Assembly: GCA_958009085.1 (NCBI GenBank)
Contig: OY253672.1
Location: 930,001 to 994,000 of the forward strand
Source: Protoeuglena noctilucae
Taxonomy: Eukaryota
Direction: 5' to 3'
Length of the DNA: 64,000 nucleotides
Shown here: positions 59,400 through 64,000 of the stretch, in pieces
Layout of the letters: each line of letters begins with the position of its first letter
How positions within the stretch are numbered: position 1 is the first letter of the stretch
Translations under genes and position numbers: made by a program
The notes under the pieces: generated by a model
What the model was told of the DNA's origin: nothing
Seen by the model: only the letters and a program-made list of their open reading frames with translations
Database searches by the model: none

Positions 59400-60713
59400 T
59401 CAATGCCGCTCTAGCAAGTCCGCCACGCCAGCCAGCTCCCCGCTCCGGAACCTCCGGAAGCGCACGCTTTCAAATCCCAAAGACAGCAATTGTAACACCA
59501 CCTCCCCGGCCAACGCACCGCCGGACATGGAGGGACTTGCCCGCCCGCCCCCCGCACCCCTCTCCACCGCCACCTCCCCAGGGCCCCACGACTCCCCGTC
59601 CCTCGCGCCAGCCGCTGCCAGAGCGCGAGGCTCCAGCGCCACCTCCGCGGCCCCGTCCGCCACGACGCGCACCCGGAACGCGTCGTGCGGCCCCAGTCCG
59701 AGCACGGAGGCCACGGCTGCCTCCGCCTCCTCTACCAGCCCCAGTCGCGACGCGGTGGCGGGGACGCCGAGGGCGAGCCGCGAGCGCAGGCATGGCGATG
59801 CCGCCCAGTCCCAGTTGGGCAGCCCCGCGGCCCGCGCGCACGCCCGCACGGCCGACTTGGACAGCGGCGAGAGCGGGGAGAGCACATCCCAGTCCCTGGC
59901 CGCCACGAGCCCCAGGCGGGAAGGATCCCTGAAGACACGACGCTGAGCGGCATGTCACGGGATGGTCGAGTTGGCAGCGACGCAGGCGCCGCCAATGGCC
60001 CGTCACAGCCGTGCTCGCCTGAGGTCGTCTGCGTTAGTGCCGTTGACCAAGACCACGGAACGGAGATGTGTTTGGCCCTCCCCTACCGACGACGACGAGC
60101 TTGGTCGCTCTGCGGCCGCAGTGTCACTACCCGCGAGCGCCGCCCTTGCGACGGCGTCCAGGGTGCTGTACAGCTCCGTCTTGCACACGAAGCACGCCTC
60201 CCCGTCGTTCGTCACGTACCGATCGCGCGAGCCCTCCGCCGTCGGGACCTCGGAGAGCTCCAAGCCCATCGACGCCGCGACTGCGTGGGCGCGAGTGCGC
60301 TGCAGTGCCGACAGGCTCGGTGACACTCCCAGTAAAGCCTGCGTCGAGAAAGCCGGGGCAGGGTCGCGGACGAGACGAAAAGCTGCGCGTGGTGCGGAAC
60401 GACAACACCGGCGTGCGCTCACCCGGACACGGCTAGTCCCCAGGGCCTGGCAGCAGAGGTGGAGGGCTAGCGTCGAGTCCACGCCTCCCGAGAAGGCGAC
60501 GGCTGCGAGAGCCCCGTTGGCAGTCCCCGTGCTCTCGAAAGACGCTCGTAAGGAGCACACCAGGGCGTCGAGCAAGGCCCGCGCCTCGCCCTCCGCGTAG
60601 CCATCCGCATCGGTGCCCGGGAGGGTCACCACCTCCCCGCGGCTGACAGCCTCCAGGAAACGGTCGCGCTGATGCTGCACGTCAACTGACACGCTGTCGA
60701 AATCTATGTGCAT
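59400..60713 (-). CDS. larE: LarE-like PP-loop ATP-dependent sulfur transferase
   Basis: VAFSGGVDS, NDGEACFVCKTELY, NGTNADDL|RDPSRLGLVAA, SPL...SKSAVR, WDWAASPCLRSRL, RVR. Confidence 0.8.
59491..59495 (+). terminator. TGTAA poly(A) signal candidate for UPP, lying inside the antisense LarE-like CDS
   Basis: First TGTAA downstream of the UPP stop. Confidence 0.5.
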
Positions 60714-61180
60714 TACGAAGGTGAACCGGCGGTTATACGCTCTGCCGGGCGTGCACAGTGCGCCGGATGTCCAACACGCTACGTACCAACCGATGGGGCA
60801 GGAGGCAGCGTGGGCGAGTAGCTTGGCCCTGACTTTGCGTGGACAGCGACGCAACGCCTTTGCGAGAGTTCCCGCCGCTTTCCAGCCACCCCAGCCACCC
60901 CAGGCGTGGGTGCTTGTGGTGCTATCCGCAGAGACATCCAGGGCAAGGATAGGAGGGTCTTGGTGAGTCCCGAGTCACGTTTATTGCACAGTGACGATAG
61001 CAGCGGGTACAGGACACTTGTACCGCGTGACACATCGATGAAGGGCATGGTTAAACCCAGCCTCGCCGCATTCGCTCTCTTCCGGCACTCGCCATTCATC
61101 CCAGCGCAAGACGAGACATATGGAGGTGTCGCTGAGATTGCGCGAGCATTGATTGGCAAAACGGCCGAGCATTCAAAGTC

Positions 61181-63178
61181 ATGGTGGCGCGAGGCGCGAC
61201 GGCGGCCGCTGAGGTCGTCGCCATCAGTGAGTGTCACGCCAGCCATTTTAAAACGTCCATGGCCACTCGCGAGGATGCTCCGCACGCGCCCATACCGCCG
61301 CTGCAGCGGGGCCCGGCACAGCGCGGCGAGCCGGGTTTGCACCCCAGCGCCCCGCGGCCTCCGCAGCGTCTCTGCCCAGCTGGGATACCCTGCGCAAAGG
61401 GTCGTTGAGGCATCGTCCTGAGGACCGCGCCCAGGCGGTGAACGACCGCATCGAGGACTTCGCGGAGGCACTCGAGGCCGTGCAGGCAGATGCGCCTGTC
61501 GGGGAGGGCGCGCCGCGCGCCGACGAAACGCACCGCTTCGACGTGAGCGTGGCAGCGATCGCGCAGCAGGAGGTCGGAGTCGTGGGCCGCATCTGCGCGG
61601 ACGGCGACGGGCGCCTCAGCGAGGGGTCCATCGCGCTCGAGGGCTCCACGGGGAGGTCCCGGGGCGCCAGCGTAGCGCTCGACCTCAGCCGGGTGCCGGC
61701 ATTCTCGGTATTCCCGGGCCAGGTGGTGGCCGTCCGGGGATTAAACCCGACGGGCCGGGCCTTCCTTGCCCAAAGCATCGCCACCGCGTACCCGGACGGG
61801 GCGCGGCCAGGCAGGTGCGTGGCGCGCGCCAGGGTCGAGTCGCCGCAGCGCCGTCGTCGCCGCTCGACGCCCACCTTGTCTCGGCGCGCCGCAGGTCGGG
61901 GAAGGGCGCCGGGGGTGTGCGTGGCGCTCAGGCCGACATGCCCCAGGGCGCCGTGCGGGTGGTGGCTGCTTCCGGCCCATTCGCGTCGTCCCCCGACCAG
62001 GACCCCTCGGGCCTGACGGCAGTTCTCACGGCTGCCGCGACTCGAAAGGCCGACCTCGTCGTCCTCACCGGGCCTTTCCTCGACGCGGAGTCCCCCGCCG
62101 TGCGGGAGGGGCGCCTGGGGGAGGCTTTGGAGGACGTATTCGCGCGACACGTGGCAGCGAAGGTCGGAAAGTTTCAGCGGGAGAACCCCACGTCCCGGGT
62201 GAGGGTGCATGGGGCACACGGGGGACGGCGGCGGTGCTGCTCGTGGCGTCTGGCCGACCACGGTCGTGGCCTCCGTCGCAGGTGGTCTTGATTCCGAGTC
62301 CACGCGACGCCCTGGCGGATCCGGAGATGCCACAGGCGCCCCTGGACGACCGCCTGCTTGAGGGACTTGACCCCGCAGGCGTGCTCTCAATGCCCAACCC
62401 GTGTCTGCTGGCGTGGCTCCCGCCCAACGACGGGGACCGGTCCCTGGTCATCGGTGCCGTCACGGCGGATGTTGTCAAGCACCTCGGTGAGATCTGCCAC
62501 GCCAAGCATGGGGCGACGCTCCTGCTGTCAGCCAGCCTGGGGTACGTGCGTTTACCCCTTGCCGCGTTGAGCTTAAGGCAGCGGTTGCGCAAGCGTCGTC
62601 ACTGACAATCGACTGTTCCTGCGCCCAGCCATGGCCGAGGTCTCGAGGAACATGGGGGCGGACCGCGTGGGAAGGCTGTGCCAGCATTTGGTGGACCAGC
62701 GGTGCTTCTACCCCGTCGCCCCGAGCCCCATGGATGCTGACGGGGTGCGTGCGGCGACCGGGGCTGCAGCGGGCCTCGCTGAGCAGGCGCAGTGCCACCC
62801 TTCGGAAAGACTCGTGCACGCAACAGCTTAGGACCTTCCAATTGCATGCAGATTCCCTCTGCCTTGATCGAGTCCACGCTGTCCAAGGAGCTCATGATGT
62901 CCGAGCTGCCCCACGTCCTCCTCATGCCCTCGACGCTGCCCCCGCACGCAAAGGCGCTGCAGTCTGGCGCGGGAAAGGTGCGGCGTGGTTGTGGGGTTCC
63001 GCAGTGACTGCCAACGCACGCCGACAAGCGTCCCCGGCAATGCTGTTAGACCCCGAATCTCACGCAGGTGTGGTGTGTGAATCCCGGAGTGGCAGCCAAG
63101 TTGCAGTGTGCAGTGGTGGACGTTCTCGAGGCGTCTGCCGGGCCCGAGCGTGTTCAGGTCGAGCTGCTGACTTTGTAG
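61181..63178 (+). CDS. POLA2: DNA polymerase alpha subunit B
   Basis: VVGRICADGDGRL..SIALEG, FSVFPGQVVAVRGLNPTG, VVAASGPF, VLTGPFLD, VLIPSPRD, HLVDQRCFYP, CVNPG. Start codon uncertain. Confidence 0.92.
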
Positions 63179-63193
63179 GGATAAAGAGTGACC

Positions 63194-63198
63194 TGTAA
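63194..63198 (+). terminator. TGTAA poly(A) signal candidate for POLA2
   Basis: TGTAA lies 15 nt after the stop. Confidence 0.5.
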
Positions 63199-63371
63199 CC
63201 TCGTTCAATGGCGCAAGCGTGGTCCCCGCAAGCCGCATGGGTTCGGACATGGGTAGGAAAGAACGGGCATGCGCAGTGGTGCCTAGTGACGCATGCTATA
63301 GCCTGCCAGCCGCTGGGGCCTGGATTAGAAGGACGTCAAACTGCCGCCCTCTGCTTTACTTAAAAGCAATG

Positions 63372-64000
63372 TCAAATCACATTGGGGTCCTTGAGGATGC
63401 CGCCCACCACGCCGGCCACGCTGATGAGCCCCAGCACGACCTCCACGACAATGAGCCAGATGATGATCCACTCGAGGCGGCTGTTGTGCATAAAGTGCTC
63501 CTGGTCCCGAACCATGCCTGCGACGAGGGCAAGGGGCGGCATGGGTCAGAGGCGGGCGCCGTCGTGGGCGTCGTGCACCCACGCACCGGCCACACGAACG
63601 CACGTCATGCAGCTGTATCCTCACCAAACATGTCCGACAGCACCCCGCACCGCGTGTTGAGCACCTCCACCCGCGTGTCCAGCTCCAAGTAGTCACAGCA
63701 CCTCCTGCGAACGCCGAACAGTGCGGGTGGCTCGGTCACGCTGCGCCCCAAGCAACAGCGCACCCACGGCGCCCGTCTGTCCGCAGCCGATATCTCCATC
63801 CGCGCCTTGGCTCCCCGCGCCATGGCAAGCACATGTCGCTCACCGGTAGAGGCTCTGGAGCGTGTCGGGGGCTGACCAGAAGAACTCAGGGGTGTCGAGC
63901 ACAGTCGAGAGCAGGTTGACGGCTGACCGGTGGATGAACACCTCCCCGATGAGCTTGTTGATGTCCTTGCGGCCCAACAACACACGGCCTGTGGGCAGCG
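63372..64000 (-). CDS. RMD1: RMD1/RMND1 (DUF155) family protein, 3' part
   Basis: KLIGEVFIHRSAVNL...LDTPEFFW, YLELDTRVEVLN, SRLEWIIIWLIVVE. Confidence 0.9.

Noticed and set aside
1..64000. Wholesale TAA/TAG to Gln reassignment (ulvophyte-type code)
   Set aside because: TRXy, AP2S, AHASS, UPP and POLA2 end in TAG at their natural conserved C-termini, and I found only two internal TAR codons.
1..64000. Hundreds of long overlapping and antisense ORFs in the six-frame track
   Set aside because: Expected shadow ORFs in very GC-rich DNA. They are Arg/Pro/Ala/Gly-rich and lack motifs.

Overview
This is GC-rich, very gene-dense eukaryotic nuclear DNA, almost certainly from a flagellated green alga. 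The evidence is short spliceosomal introns (mostly about 70-190 nt), plastid-targeted proteins, chlorophyte TGTAA poly(A) signals and the flagellar genes CEP104, CFAP119 and a kinesin-2-like motor. I reconstructed about 32 intron-containing genes by hand: torsin-like AAA+, cyclin-like, type II NADH dehydrogenase, Trx-y, FKBP16-4, AAPT/CEPT, SNF5-like, AP-2 sigma, CEP104, a TPR segment, LipB, ABCB, FES1, kinesin, OM47, a histone-fold protein, the AHAS small subunit, UTP5/WDR43, LONRF, NAA25, a GNAT-like protein, CFAP119, an HMG-box protein, M14 carboxypeptidase, UPRT, LarE-like, POLA2, RMD1 and several unknowns. There is one 200-N gap. I found no convincing tRNA, rRNA, CRISPR array or transposon. 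The most notable signals are: (1) a dozen or more GC-AG introns, several forced by conserved protein sequence; (2) two likely bicistronic gene pairs with 18-nt and 33-nt spacers and ATG-depleted upstream ORFs; (3) two in-frame stops inside otherwise intact genes (TAG in FES1, TAA in a membrane protein); (4) a three-exon 33-aa microprotein missed by the ORF track; (5) a torsin and a LarE-like sulfur transferase in an alga; (6) a stalkless kinesin-2-like motor with a Cys cluster; (7) convergent genes whose stop codons are 2-34 nt apart. Exon boundaries and start codons are manual and approximate.
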